IMG/VR virus record: IMGVR_UViG_3300030616_000025 | Span: 1 to 64,000 of that record | Source of the DNA: a virus | Direction: 5' to 3' (one strand) | DNA length: 64,000 nucleotides | In this document: in pieces, positions 42,965 through 53,827 of the stretch | Layout of the letters: each line of letters starts with the position of its first letter | Position numbering within the stretch: the first letter of the stretch is position 1 | Program-made: the position numbers and the translations under genes | Notes under the pieces: generated by a model | Database searches by the model: none | What the model was told of the DNA's origin: nothing | What the model saw: only the letters and a program-made list of their open reading frames with translations

Positions 42965-43885
42965 ATGGGATTAGAAAGAAACAGAACCTTACTTGCGAAA
43001 GAAGAGGATTCATACGGCAGTGATCCGTCTCCCTCTGCGACAGACGCGGTAAGAATATCTAACCTTGTTGTTACGCCGGAGGTTAAGGTATTGACACGGG
43101 ACAATTACAAGGGTTCTATGTCGAGCGACGGAATCAGGGTCGGCGGGAAAACATATAGAATTACTTTTGACATTGAGCTTAAAGGCAGAGATGCTATACC
43201 GAGTGCCGCAAATCCGCTTGAATATGATGCGCTGTTAAGAGCATGTGCAATGACAGTTGATTATTCAGCTACATATGCGACGTATACGCCTGAAAGTGAC
43301 GACACGGTAGGGGTAACAATGTACGCGAACTATGACGGCGTTAGATACGAACTGAACGGCTGTCAGGGCAATTTCACGATAAGTGCGGTTGCCGGAGAAG
43401 TTGTCAAGCTAAGCTTTGATTTCTTGGGATTGTACAATATTCCTGCCGCGCAAGATATGCCGACACCTTCATTTGACAGTTCTGAACTTCCGCCTATATT
43501 TGAAAGTGCAAGTTTCAGCGTCGATAGTTTCGAGGGTATTATAAACGAGCTGACAATGGACATGGGGAACACAATATCCCCGAGGCCGGACGCTAACAGC
43601 GCAGACGGGATTAAGGGCTACAGGATTTCGGGCAGAGAAGTAAGCGGAACAATCGACCCGGAGGAAGATTTAAGTTCGAAAAACCTGTTTACCAAATTTG
43701 CTTCATCCGATACAAGCGTCATGGAAGCATATGTGGGCGCTACAGCAGGAAACAGATTTCATTTATACTGGCCGACAGTTCAGTATAGACAGGTTGCGCC
43801 GGATGCGCGGGAAGGTATAAATATACATTCAGTAGAATATATAGCTACAGGAGATGATAACGAATTTCGTTTAAGATGTTATTAG
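42965..43885 (+). CDS. major tail tube protein candidate
   Basis: AAGGAG upstream. 306 aa, directly upstream of the chaperone pair and the tape measure. Confidence 0.5.
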   Translation: MGLERNRTLLAKEEDSYGSDPSPSATDAVRISNLVVTPEVKVLTRDNYKGSMSSDGIRVGGKTYRITFDIELKGRDAIPSAANPLEYDALLRACAMTVDYSATYATYTPESDDTVGVTMYANYDGVRYELNGCQGNFTISAVAGEVVKLSFDFLGLYNIPAAQDMPTPSFDSSELPPIFESASFSVDSFEGIINELTMDMGNTISPRPDANSADGIKGYRISGREVSGTIDPEEDLSSKNLFTKFASSDTSVMEAYVGATAGNRFHLYWPTVQYRQVAPDAREGINIHSVEYIATGDDNEFRLRCY

Positions 43886-43898
43886 AAAGGAAAAGTGT

Positions 43899-44285
43899 AT
43901 GTCTGTAAAAGGAATGGATTTAACGGAATATACGTTTGTGTCGAAAAACGATACTACCGAGCCGCACACAGAGTTTAAAATGACTCCCGCTAAGCGGATG
44001 GAAGCTTTCAGTGTAGGTGCTGTGTACAATATGATTGTGCAGAGTGAAAGCGGGGAAGAGAAAATACTGAAAGCGTTTAGCGAACATGCAAACGAAGTAG
44101 GCGACTGTATTTACGGATACATAGAAAAGCATTGTACAAGCGTAAAGAACTTCTGGGTAAAAGATCAGTTACAGTCCGGGACGATTGATAAGTTTTTGGA
44201 TAGTATAAAACCTATACTTGCTATGGAGATTGTAGGGGATGCGCTTAACAGAGTGAACGTCAATGAGGAAGAAGAAAAAAACTGA
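43899..44285 (+). CDS. tail assembly chaperone (G-like)
   Basis: Acidic 128-aa protein upstream of the tape measure. Ends in the slippery run GAA AAA AAC TGA. Confidence 0.6.
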   Translation: MSVKGMDLTEYTFVSKNDTTEPHTEFKMTPAKRMEAFSVGAVYNMIVQSESGEEKILKAFSEHANEVGDCIYGYIEKHCTSVKNFWVKDQLQSGTIDKFLDSIKPILAMEIVGDALNRVNVNEEEEKN

Positions 44286-44647
44286 CGATAGCTGTATTGT
44301 GCAGTGTATATAAAATAAATTGTGATGACTGCATCCCCCGGCGCAATACAGCGAAGGAAATAAAAAGATGCGCAGAAAGACGCGAAGAAATGGGATGCGA
44401 AAAAAAGCTTACAGTCCCGGTATTCACATACAAAGAAACAGGACAGCAATTCTACAGATGTCCGATAAAGCTTGTGACAAATCAAACGTGGTTTCTCCTT
44501 GCTTTATACAATCACTACAAAAATGGATACCTTGCTTTTGCAGGAGGGGTTTTAGATCAGCCGGAATGGTACTTGAAGCGCATGGAGAAAATACAGGAAC
44601 TGGAATACAGAATGAGAGAAGAATATAATCCGAGAGGCGCGAAATGA
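43899..44647 (+). CDS. tail assembly chaperone frameshift product (G-T-like)
   Basis: The -1 frame from 44276 reads KKLTIAVLCSVYK... without a stop up to 44647, whose stop overlaps the tape-measure start. Confidence 0.5.
44276..44282 (+). promoter_or_regulatory. -1 programmed frameshift heptamer A_AAA_AAC
   Basis: The heptamer is in the correct phase with the zero frame. The -1 frame is open from here into the 44297-44647 ORF. Confidence 0.6.
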
Positions 44648-46899
44648 TAGGCAGAAGCACAGATAAAAAACAGATGGACGTTATTCTGCGAGGCAGAGAC
44701 AAGACCAAACAGGCGTTCCGGTCGATGAAGTCAAACGCCGATCAGTCCAAAAAGGCAATCAAGCAAGCATTTACAGCGATGAAAGCTTCTGCGTTGGCTT
44801 TTGAGGTTGCAGTGGTAGCCGGTGCGGTAATGGCGATGAAAAAAATGGTTAATATGACTGTTGAACTGACAAGATCAAGCGTCAACACAGCAGACCAGTT
44901 CGAAGTACTTAGATTGCAGATGCAGACATTACAGGGGAGTGTTGAAAAGGGAAATGCTACTTTTGAAAAGCTCTGGACTACAGCAAAAAAGATACCCTTT
45001 ACAATTGATGACATAGCAAAGGGCGCTAAAACACTACAGGCGTTCGGTATGCTTGGAGACGATGTCGAAACAGCCATGATAGGTATAGCTGATGCATCTG
45101 CGGCGGCAGGGGTCAGTATAGACACGATGGCGGTAGTCATGGGTAGGGCGTGGCAAATGGGTAACTTTTTAACCCGAGGCCCAGGTGCTATATTCAAAGG
45201 TATTATGCAGACGAAAATGGGGATAGAAGATATAACGAAATTATCTCTGCCCGAATTTCAAAAAGCAGTCGGTGAAATGCTTACCAATCCGAAATACGGC
45301 ATAGCGGGGATGAGTGAAAAGCTTGCTACGACATGGACTGGTATCCGGTCAATGATAAGTGACTCAATGACACAGATAAAGCTTTCGATTGCGGAAGCCG
45401 GGGTATTCGAAGAAGTCAAGAGACTGGGCGAAAGTATTCGAGACTGGTTAAGGCGTGAAGATATTGTGGGCGTTATATCGAGGATAGGAAGCATAGCTGG
45501 TGAAATGATAGGGGAACTACACGATACACTTACGCGCATGGTTGAATCCGGGGATTTAAAAATATTACTTGAAGACTGGGTGAACACAGCAAGAAAGTGG
45601 GCGAATTCGGCAAAAGATATAATCAAAAATATCCCTGCTATCAGCCGGATTATAATGAATATGGTGCAGACATTGAGCATGGCACTTGCGGAAGTTATCG
45701 ACAAACTATACAGCGTGTTAAACAGCTTTGATAAAATCAGCGGCACAAGCGCACAATTAACACGCAATATCAATTCAACAGCTACAGCTATGACCGAATT
45801 ATCGGAGAAAACGACACAGGTTTCCAAAACGTATCGATGGATAGCCAGAGAAGCAGACAGAGCATGGGATGCACGTTCAATACAGACGGTTATACAGGTA
45901 ATAACTTCGGGTATAGATAGAATGTCGGAATTTGCCGGAGAATCAGAAGAGGCAAAAAAAAGCATAGCATTAGCAAGACAGGAATTAGAACGTATTTCGC
46001 AAGCGGGCGGGAAAGTAGGTGCTAAGCAGATATTAAAGGTTGATGTATTACCGCTACTTGAAGACGCAATGAGAAAAATAACTAAAGAATATGCCAATCA
46101 GTCAAACGTATTAAACGAACAGCATAAATTGCATAGCGGTCAATTGAAACAACATCAAGAAACGCTTACCTTTACGGGTCAGATTAGAAAAGCACACCAG
46201 GACATATTAGACCTGTTCAAAGAGCAGAATGAAGAAATTGATGCCACGCAACCGAAGCTTGATGAAACGAAAACTAAAGCAGACAAAATAGCAGGGGCGT
46301 TCAATGTTGGCGCAGAAAAAGTATTGACGATAAAAAAGCATTGGGAGGAAGTTGTTGCGGAATTCAAAAAGACAACCACAATAGGAATAGAAGTCAGTAA
46401 ATCATTGGCTTCAAGTTTTGAAACGATCTTTTTTGATGCGATGACAAATCAGCTCAAAACGCTTAATGATTATCTGTTGAATTTCGGGCGGAACTTAGCG
46501 CAGATTATGGCTCAATGGGCGGCTATGCAAACGATGAAGGGATTAACGGGGATGTTTAGCGGGGCCGGAACGCCGGGCGCAGGATCAGGATCGGTAGCCG
46601 GAATGTTAGTTGATGCAGGGATAGAGGAATTTCCCACTGGCGGAATAGTATCGGGGATAGGAACAGCACATAAACCAGTCCTTGCACAGCCGGGGGAAAT
46701 GTATCTTAACAGAGAACAGCAACACAATCTTTTGAATATGCTTAGTAACGGCAATGCAAATAACGGTGGTTCAACGATAATAAATATTTCAGCTATGGAT
46801 ACGCAGAGTATGTTACAAGCGTTAAGCCGTGACCCGCAGTTGATACCGGCTACAATAGCAAGAGCGAACAAAGCAGGGACATTAAGGAACATGCGATGA
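44644..46899 (+). CDS. tail tape measure protein
   Basis: 751 aa and helical, with a core like LQAFGMLGDDVETAMIGIADASAAAGVSIDTMAVVMGRAW. Canonical position. Confidence 0.85.
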   Translation: MIGRSTDKKQMDVILRGRDKTKQAFRSMKSNADQSKKAIKQAFTAMKASALAFEVAVVAGAVMAMKKMVNMTVELTRSSVNTADQFEVLRLQMQTLQGSVEKGNATFEKLWTTAKKIPFTIDDIAKGAKTLQAFGMLGDDVETAMIGIADASAAAGVSIDTMAVVMGRAWQMGNFLTRGPGAIFKGIMQTKMGIEDITKLSLPEFQKAVGEMLTNPKYGIAGMSEKLATTWTGIRSMISDSMTQIKLSIAEAGVFEEVKRLGESIRDWLRREDIVGVISRIGSIAGEMIGELHDTLTRMVESGDLKILLEDWVNTARKWANSAKDIIKNIPAISRIIMNMVQTLSMALAEVIDKLYSVLNSFDKISGTSAQLTRNINSTATAMTELSEKTTQVSKTYRWIAREADRAWDARSIQTVIQVITSGIDRMSEFAGESEEAKKSIALARQELERISQAGGKVGAKQILKVDVLPLLEDAMRKITKEYANQSNVLNEQHKLHSGQLKQHQETLTFTGQIRKAHQDILDLFKEQNEEIDATQPKLDETKTKADKIAGAFNVGAEKVLTIKKHWEEVVAEFKKTTTIGIEVSKSLASSFETIFFDAMTNQLKTLNDYLLNFGRNLAQIMAQWAAMQTMKGLTGMFSGAGTPGAGSGSVAGMLVDAGIEEFPTGGIVSGIGTAHKPVLAQPGEMYLNREQQHNLLNMLSNGNANNGGSTIINISAMDTQSMLQALSRDPQLIPATIARANKAGTLRNMR

Positions 46900-47489
46900 G
46901 CGATTTAGTATTTAACGATGAAGTAACAGCAACATACGGATTTCCGTTTAAGCCGAGAAGCACAATAGAATCCACACAGGTCAGAAGCGCGGCAGGAACA
47001 CAGCAGAGCTTTTTAAATTCAGATCACGATAAAGCTACGTATTTTCTCGGTTTTCAGTCCATGACGAACAGCGAAAAGGAAAGTCTTGAAGACTTCTTCA
47101 AGGCCCGTTCCGGCGCACATGAAACTTTTTTGTTTTACGATGCACGGACATATGATGTTGCAAGTGAATCCATAGGCACGGCGGATGGAAGCACATTGAC
47201 ATTTCAATTAACCCAGGACGGATTTTCAAGATGGAATATAGTTGCCAATTCATATACTGTCTGGGTAGACGGTGCAACACAGACTGACACGGTGGATTAC
47301 AATGTCGACGTAACAGATGACGGGCGAATTATATTCGTTTCTGCACCGGCAAGCGGAGCAGTAACTGCAAGCTATCAATATTATCGCAGAGTCCATTTCC
47401 TTGAAAAAGACATAGATCCCTACGAAGTTGCGTATAGATTCTGGAATGTCGACTTATTGACACTTGAAGAAATACTGGTGAATGTGTAA
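46896..47489 (+). CDS. distal tail protein (GTA ORFg12 / DUF2460-like position)
   Basis: First gene after the tape measure. Synteny with the three genes that follow. Confidence 0.45.
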   Translation: MSDLVFNDEVTATYGFPFKPRSTIESTQVRSAAGTQQSFLNSDHDKATYFLGFQSMTNSEKESLEDFFKARSGAHETFLFYDARTYDVASESIGTADGSTLTFQLTQDGFSRWNIVANSYTVWVDGATQTDTVDYNVDVTDDGRIIFVSAPASGAVTASYQYYRRVHFLEKDIDPYEVAYRFWNVDLLTLEEILVNV

Positions 47490-48301
47490 TGGCATGGGAT
47501 TCATCTGCCGTAGAACTGAAAATAATCGAACTGTACAAGATAGAACTTGCGAACGGTTCATTTTATTATTTCACTGACTTTGAAAAGGGCGATATTTTTG
47601 TTTTTGACAGTGCATCCTATACGCCCGTTCCGTTATTGAGCGAGCCTGTACAGCGCACAAGCGATTTATCATCTTCAGAAAAGACAATAACTCTTCCACG
47701 CCACGATGATTATATTACTACAGCAGATTTATTCGACAGGTATCTTGACAATTCGGAACTGACATTCTATCAGGTTGACAGGGATGATGTCGCAAATTAT
47801 CGCATAGGATTCAAGGGAATTGCGGGAAAAGTAAATTATAATATGCACACGATTGCAATAACGTATGTCAATAAGTTTAACTTTTCACACAAGGTAATAC
47901 CGAGATTTACATATCAGGAAAGTTGTCCGTATAAGATATTCTCTACAGAATGCGGATTGACAAAAGCGACATGGAAAACATCAGGGACGGTAGACAGCGC
48001 GACATCCACGACGCTTGTGGATTCGGCTCTTACGCAAGCTGATGATTACTGGCAATTCGGATATGTTGAAATGACTTCTGGCGATGCAAGCGGAGATAAG
48101 CGAATGATAACCGGATTCAATGCGGCAAATGACCGGGTTACAATTCTGCGTCCATGGAGCACAACGCCGTCAAACGGTGATACGTATGATATTTACCCTC
48201 ACTGTCAAAAGAAATACACTCTGTGTGATTCCATATTCAGCAATTCTTTGAATTACGGCGGCTGTATGCACATACCCCGCCCGGAGGAAACGCTGATATG
48301 A
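47489..48301 (+). CDS. DUF2163 / phage BR0599-like tail protein
   Basis: IELYKIELANGSFYYFTD at the N-terminus. C-terminal Cys-containing block CQKKYTLCDSIFSNSLNYGGCMHIPRP. Confidence 0.55.
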   Translation: MAWDSSAVELKIIELYKIELANGSFYYFTDFEKGDIFVFDSASYTPVPLLSEPVQRTSDLSSSEKTITLPRHDDYITTADLFDRYLDNSELTFYQVDRDDVANYRIGFKGIAGKVNYNMHTIAITYVNKFNFSHKVIPRFTYQESCPYKIFSTECGLTKATWKTSGTVDSATSTTLVDSALTQADDYWQFGYVEMTSGDASGDKRMITGFNAANDRVTILRPWSTTPSNGDTYDIYPHCQKKYTLCDSIFSNSLNYGGCMHIPRPEETLI

Positions 48302-48720
48302 AATGGCGCGATATTGTTGTCAACGAAGCTTTAAGTTGGCTGCATACTCCATACAGGTACGGTGCGTGTATGAAAGGGCGTGGGGTAGATTGCGCAAGAC
48401 TGATATTGACATGTTTTAAGAAAGCAGATAAAATTCCAAAGGGCTATGAACCGCCGCATCAACACCGGGACTGGATTATGGGAAAGAATATAGATCCGGA
48501 AACATTCACGCGGTGCTTATTGCTTTTTGCGAAGAGAATATCAACAGACTTAATACAAAAAGGAGACGTACTTAGCTTTAAATATATCGGCATAGAAAGT
48601 CATCTCGGGATTGTGGTAGACAACGAGAATTTCATTCATGCCGTAACTGGAAAATGCGTTATGATACATCCGATTAAAACATTTCGCAAAAAAATAGTAG
48701 CTGTATATAGGGCGAAATAA
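48298..48720 (+). CDS. NlpC/P60 cell-wall peptidase (tail-associated)
   Basis: WLHTPYRYGA...GVDCARLI (Cys), SHLGIVV (His), FIHA. Confidence 0.8.
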   Translation: MKWRDIVVNEALSWLHTPYRYGACMKGRGVDCARLILTCFKKADKIPKGYEPPHQHRDWIMGKNIDPETFTRCLLLFAKRISTDLIQKGDVLSFKYIGIESHLGIVVDNENFIHAVTGKCVMIHPIKTFRKKIVAVYRAK

Positions 48721-51700
48721 TGGGCGGTGCTAAAAAATCAACAGCAATGCCTCTTGGTTTGGGGATTATGGGTTCACTTGTCAGCGGCGGCAGTCCGTGG
48801 GGCTATATGGCGGGATACGCAATCGGTTCATGGCTTTTTCCGCCGGAAGAAATGGAGGGCATAGACCCGCCCGATCCGTATAGAACATTGGGGGTGAATA
48901 CTTCCGGCACAGGCAATCCGTGGCCTTTACTTTACGGTACAAATCGATTCGGGGGGAACTATATCTGGAAAGGCGCTTTAACACACTCCCCGATTTACGA
49001 AAAATCAGACACCGGCGGCAAGGGTGGAGGCGGCGGAGGCGGTAGCAAAAAACAGGTTGTCGGTCACAAATATTACATGGACGCAATGATAGGATGTTGT
49101 CAGGGAGAAGCAGATTTAGGAAGAATGTTTTTTGACAACGCAGTTTATCCGTGGAGAGACGATACTTCTATATCCTTTTACCGGGGGACAAGCTCACAGA
49201 CAGCATGGAGCGTATACAGCGCGGAAGTAAGCAATCCTACCACATTCAGAAATCTGTCATATATAGGATTGGATGATTTCTATATCGGAGAGAATACCTC
49301 ACGCGCACCAATCGTGACTACAGAATTGCACAGGTATCCATACAATGTTGCGGCAGGAACAAGCGCAAGGATTTATACACATTATTCGGAACTGGCAAGT
49401 GCCGGACTATGCGCAAAACGTGATAATGGCACTATACTTTCTGTAGATGAAGATAATTTGGTTATCTATGGGCGCGATTGGAGTCAGAAAACGATATATG
49501 ATGTAAGCGATGTTTTTGCCTGTACTTATTCTAACGGGGCATACTCTCCCGTCCGAGGCATAGACCTAATAGAGACAGAAAAAGAAGTCTACATGAATGT
49601 GGCATGGTATGAGAATAGAGTAATGGAGCGCAGAGCACATGTAGCGCAAATAAAAATAAACAAACACTATGACAGTCTAACAATTACAAAAGATGATATT
49701 ACAGATACAACCATAGTTGATGAGCCTCATGGAAGCGATGCACCTTATGCAATAGATATATCGCATAATGATAATAAATCATATGCTGTATGGAGAGATT
49801 TAGAAGGAGACATATATCTTGAAGAATATGATTACAATGATTACACGGTCACGCCGACTCAATATGATATATCAACATATTTTCATACTTCGAATTATTC
49901 AGACAGATATATACGATTAGTTACAACAAATAACACAGCTTATGTTATAGCGCAAGAGAACACAAACTATGGATATGAATTATGTTCTTTTGATATAGAT
50001 AACAGCATGGCATTTGTAGCATCTGACACGATTGCGCAATCAGAAGTAGGCGGCAAACCGGGAATTGCAGTCATGCATGGGGAAAATGAACTTATAGCTA
50101 TAGGCACAGCAACATCCGGCAGTACAAGAGAAATGATACTATTCGAAATAGATACGGATGGCAATATTACACGTAAAACGAATACTGAAATACAGCATGA
50201 TTCTGATATTGATATGACTGATAGATTTTCCAATTATCTAACAACTGCATCAGATGGGACTTTGTTTATCAATTGGAATAATAATGGCGCCCCTGCACCT
50301 GGCATCCCTGATTGGTTTCTTGGCGCAGAGCAATATATTATAGACGCTAACCCTGCACAGGTATTGTATGATGTGATTGTCAACGAAGCAGAATACAGCA
50401 CGGGTGATATAGCGAGTGCATCACTACAGGAAATGTCTACATACTGCATGACTAACACGATAGGCATATCTCCCGTGTTCAATACGAAGCGACACGCAAA
50501 CGATATTATACGGCAGATAATGAATGATGTCATGGGGCTTGCATACATAGACAACGAAGGGCAGTTCGCCGTTAAGGTGTTTCAGAATTCAGATTCATCC
50601 GAGGGTACGATTACAGCCGCTGATATTGTAGAAGGAAGTTTTGAGCACGTAAATATAGAACTGAAAGATAAGCGTGAATGCGCGAACAGAATAAATATAA
50701 ATTATCTTGATCGCATGAACAAGTACAAAAAATCAGATTTTACGATAGACCATTTTGTTGCACAGGAAGAAGACGGGGAAATAATCAGTGAAACTTGGAA
50801 CATGCAGGATTTTTCTAATGTCAAAACCGCGTCTAAAATTGCATGGCAGTATCTGAAATCAGCACAGTATGACACACATGTTTTTACGTTTGATCTTATG
50901 CCGCAATATATGGGATTGAATATCGGCGCTGTGCTGACTCTGAATATAGCTTCTGAAAATCTTGTCAGTCAGAAGGTAAGAGTTTTACAGATAGGTGACC
51001 CGGATTTGAGAACCGGTGCGACAAGCATTACAGCACGAAGGGAGGAAACATGGCTGAATACATTTGATGATTATGTGGCACAGGCTAATGAGTCTGACGA
51101 TACACAGGAGGATTTACCGAAAAGTGTAATACCGGTTATATTTGAACTTCCCGCCGTACAGACAGACGATTCATATTACGCGGGGATAACAGCAATCACT
51201 AATGATGAGAACACGGTTGCTTGCGGAATACATTTGAGCGATGACAATATATCATTCACAAAAATAGGCGAATGTTGGCGTCTGGCATATACGGGTGATA
51301 TAGGTTCGGCTGTGGATTCAGGCGATAAGAGAATATCCATCGATATTACAGATTACCCGGATGCATTTGCAACATACACTGTTACCGACCAGAGAAATGA
51401 TGAAACATTCAGCTTGATAGGTGAACTGCAAACCGGGGACTGCGAACTTTCGAATATGGAGTTTGTCACATACAGAGAATCATCTACAAGCGGCAATACC
51501 GTAACGCTGAAAAACTGCTATCGCGGAAAATACTATACACTCCCGAAAGACCATACGACAGACGAAGTACTTTTACATGTCGGCACAAACAGATTTTTTC
51601 TGTTCTCTTTCCCCGGAATTAAAGTTGGAAAAACAGTCTATGTAAAAGTTACAGGAATGAACTATGCGGGAGTGGAAGAAGATACTGCAGATGTCGATTC

Positions 51701-52133
51701 ATACGAATACACCGTAATAGGATTAACGAAAAAAGCCACTCATGTTTCAGGCTTGCAGATTTATGACCCCGACAATTCTATTTACAAGGCAAGTCTTGAT
51801 ACTATTGCAAGTTCTGACGTTACAGTAAAATGGAAAGAAACCGCACGTCTCGGCGGGTGGAGTTCTAAGGCATTTATCACGGGTTGGGAATGGAATGATT
51901 TTTATACAGGCGATGTGAATGATTATAATATTCTGATTTATGACAGCAGTTTAAATCATATTGCAACACATAATCTTGGAAATGTGCTTACGGAATATGA
52001 ATACACAAAATCGCAGAATGAAACAGATTTCGGTTCATTGACGAAAGATTTTTATATCGGTGTTCAGCCATTGAATGACAACGGCGGTCTGCCGAATGAC
52101 ATTGTAAAACAGCATGTGGAACTAAATATATGA
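48720..52133 (+). CDS. host-specificity / central tail tip protein (lambda J or GTA ORFg15-like)
   Basis: 1137 aa. Gly run GGKGGGGGGGSKK followed by YYMDAMIGCCQGE near the N-terminus. Position after the P60 peptidase. Confidence 0.7.
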   Translation: MGGAKKSTAMPLGLGIMGSLVSGGSPWGYMAGYAIGSWLFPPEEMEGIDPPDPYRTLGVNTSGTGNPWPLLYGTNRFGGNYIWKGALTHSPIYEKSDTGGKGGGGGGGSKKQVVGHKYYMDAMIGCCQGEADLGRMFFDNAVYPWRDDTSISFYRGTSSQTAWSVYSAEVSNPTTFRNLSYIGLDDFYIGENTSRAPIVTTELHRYPYNVAAGTSARIYTHYSELASAGLCAKRDNGTILSVDEDNLVIYGRDWSQKTIYDVSDVFACTYSNGAYSPVRGIDLIETEKEVYMNVAWYENRVMERRAHVAQIKINKHYDSLTITKDDITDTTIVDEPHGSDAPYAIDISHNDNKSYAVWRDLEGDIYLEEYDYNDYTVTPTQYDISTYFHTSNYSDRYIRLVTTNNTAYVIAQENTNYGYELCSFDIDNSMAFVASDTIAQSEVGGKPGIAVMHGENELIAIGTATSGSTREMILFEIDTDGNITRKTNTEIQHDSDIDMTDRFSNYLTTASDGTLFINWNNNGAPAPGIPDWFLGAEQYIIDANPAQVLYDVIVNEAEYSTGDIASASLQEMSTYCMTNTIGISPVFNTKRHANDIIRQIMNDVMGLAYIDNEGQFAVKVFQNSDSSEGTITAADIVEGSFEHVNIELKDKRECANRININYLDRMNKYKKSDFTIDHFVAQEEDGEIISETWNMQDFSNVKTASKIAWQYLKSAQYDTHVFTFDLMPQYMGLNIGAVLTLNIASENLVSQKVRVLQIGDPDLRTGATSITARREETWLNTFDDYVAQANESDDTQEDLPKSVIPVIFELPAVQTDDSYYAGITAITNDENTVACGIHLSDDNISFTKIGECWRLAYTGDIGSAVDSGDKRISIDITDYPDAFATYTVTDQRNDETFSLIGELQTGDCELSNMEFVTYRESSTSGNTVTLKNCYRGKYYTLPKDHTTDEVLLHVGTNRFFLFSFPGIKVGKTVYVKVTGMNYAGVEEDTADVDSYEYTVIGLTKKATHVSGLQIYDPDNSIYKASLDTIASSDVTVKWKETARLGGWSSKAFITGWEWNDFYTGDVNDYNILIYDSSLNHIATHNLGNVLTEYEYTKSQNETDFGSLTKDFYIGVQPLNDNGGLPNDIVKQHVELNI

Positions 52134-53827
52134 CACTAACAACAGACTTGGGATTAGACAAGCCTTCTGACGGATCGAGTAACGCAGGGGAAAGTTACAA
52201 CGACGCTCTGGATACGCTTGATGCGGGGAGAACGTACAAGGTAACACTCGGAGAAGCATTCAGCCAGTATCACGTTGGATATATAGCATCTGACGGACAG
52301 GCATATTTGGCTAACGCGGATTCGGAAACGACAGCACGGTCAATAGGCTTTGTCACGGAAGCAGGAGACGCCGCGGCTGAAAGATACTTCAGATACTTAG
52401 GGCGGATACAGAATACCGACTGGAACTTGAATCCCGGCGAACCTGTCTACGTGAGCACATCGAACGGTGAGATTACGCAGACAGCGCCGACAAGTCCGAA
52501 CTATAAAAACGAAATCGGAATAGCGTTCACAAGCAATATAGTGTTCGCAAGGATACCGAGTTATTTAGATGCTGAAGTAGGGACACAATCTGTATTCAAA
52601 ACCATTACGGCTGACACCGGAAGCACTACTGCGGACAGTGCCACAGATACGCTTGCAATTGAGGGCGGCACGGGAATATCAACCGAAATAACCGGCGATA
52701 CATTGACAATAACAGGACACGAAAAGTATACGGACGCAGAAGCAATAGCGGCTATCAAAGGTGACGGGGATTGGAACGCTTCAAATTGGGACACAGCTTT
52801 CGGTTGGGGAGATCATGGCGGGGAGGGATATTTAAAAACCGTAGACATTTCAGACGATACGAACCTTGCTGTTACAGCGCCTGTCGTTCTTACTGATGAT
52901 ACACTAAGCGTTGATACCGCTACACCTTCTGACGGAGATACAACACACCTTTCAACAGCAGACCAGATTTACGACTGGGTTACAGGATTGGGCTACGGCA
53001 CAATGAGTGATTTGGTTGATGACACATCACCTGAACTCGGGGGAAATTTGAATGTTAATAATAATAATATCAATAACAACGGTTCAGATATTACAATAGA
53101 TGACCCCATCAATGTAGAAGCAGATCAAGACATAGTGTGCGAAATAGGCCGTGCTCAAATTGGTTATGACGGCACAAATGCAGATACAGTTGTATTAGCC
53201 CACTATGATAATATGGGAACGACAGCATACGGGCTGAAAATGTCTGCGGCTAATACGGTTATCAATGCGCCTACTGGCGGTGTTGTGGCTGTTGGCGTTA
53301 ACAACACCACTGCCTTTCAAGTGAGCGCAACACAGGTAAAAAATTATGTGCAGACATATATACAGGAAACAGCCGCCGCCGCCGCAACTGCGGCAGGATG
53401 GGGGCAAGCATGGGTTAAGAACGATAACCCTAATCAATTATGGTTTCAAGATGACGCAGGAAATGACCAAAAATTATCAGGCGGTTTGTTCATTGAAACA
53501 GGAACTTATACCGGAGACGGGGCTACAAGTCAAGTTGTCAGCCTAACGAACAGTGACTTGATAGTCAAATATGTAAAGATATGGTTTGAAGACACAGATG
53601 GAAATGTAATACGTTCACACGAAACGACCAACACGCTTGTTACGCAGGATGCGCAAGGATTGGCAGTACAGCACTATGGCGATGCCGCAGAAAGAGCTAC
53701 ATATCAGGATGATACTATTATAGCATTAGGCACAGGCTCTTTTACTGTTGATGACAGGGGTACAGACCAACATCCGAACTCAAACGGTGATACATATCAT
53801 TACGTTGTTTTTGGAACTTATATATGA
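52130..53827 (+). CDS. tail fibre protein
   Basis: Position and Thr/Gly/Asp-rich repetitive body. The N-terminal ~140 aa are paralogous to the 54701 gene. Confidence 0.55.
   Translation: MTLTTDLGLDKPSDGSSNAGESYNDALDTLDAGRTYKVTLGEAFSQYHVGYIASDGQAYLANADSETTARSIGFVTEAGDAAAERYFRYLGRIQNTDWNLNPGEPVYVSTSNGEITQTAPTSPNYKNEIGIAFTSNIVFARIPSYLDAEVGTQSVFKTITADTGSTTADSATDTLAIEGGTGISTEITGDTLTITGHEKYTDAEAIAAIKGDGDWNASNWDTAFGWGDHGGEGYLKTVDISDDTNLAVTAPVVLTDDTLSVDTATPSDGDTTHLSTADQIYDWVTGLGYGTMSDLVDDTSPELGGNLNVNNNNINNNGSDITIDDPINVEADQDIVCEIGRAQIGYDGTNADTVVLAHYDNMGTTAYGLKMSAANTVINAPTGGVVAVGVNNTTAFQVSATQVKNYVQTYIQETAAAAATAAGWGQAWVKNDNPNQLWFQDDAGNDQKLSGGLFIETGTYTGDGATSQVVSLTNSDLIVKYVKIWFEDTDGNVIRSHETTNTLVTQDAQGLAVQHYGDAAERATYQDDTIIALGTGSFTVDDRGTDQHPNSNGDTYHYVVFGTYI

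Noticed and set aside
44368-44628. 86-aa alternative-frame ORF inside the T-like chaperone extension. Similar internal out-of-frame ORFs occur at 13015, 16015, 41688, 53346, 59160, 62300 and 63579.
   Set aside because: They are nested within better-supported genes in another frame, and there is no independent evidence for them.
48298-48720. The NlpC/P60 peptidase as the lysis endolysin.
   Set aside because: Its position between tail-tip genes, and the GTA-like synteny, argue for a virion-associated entry enzyme.
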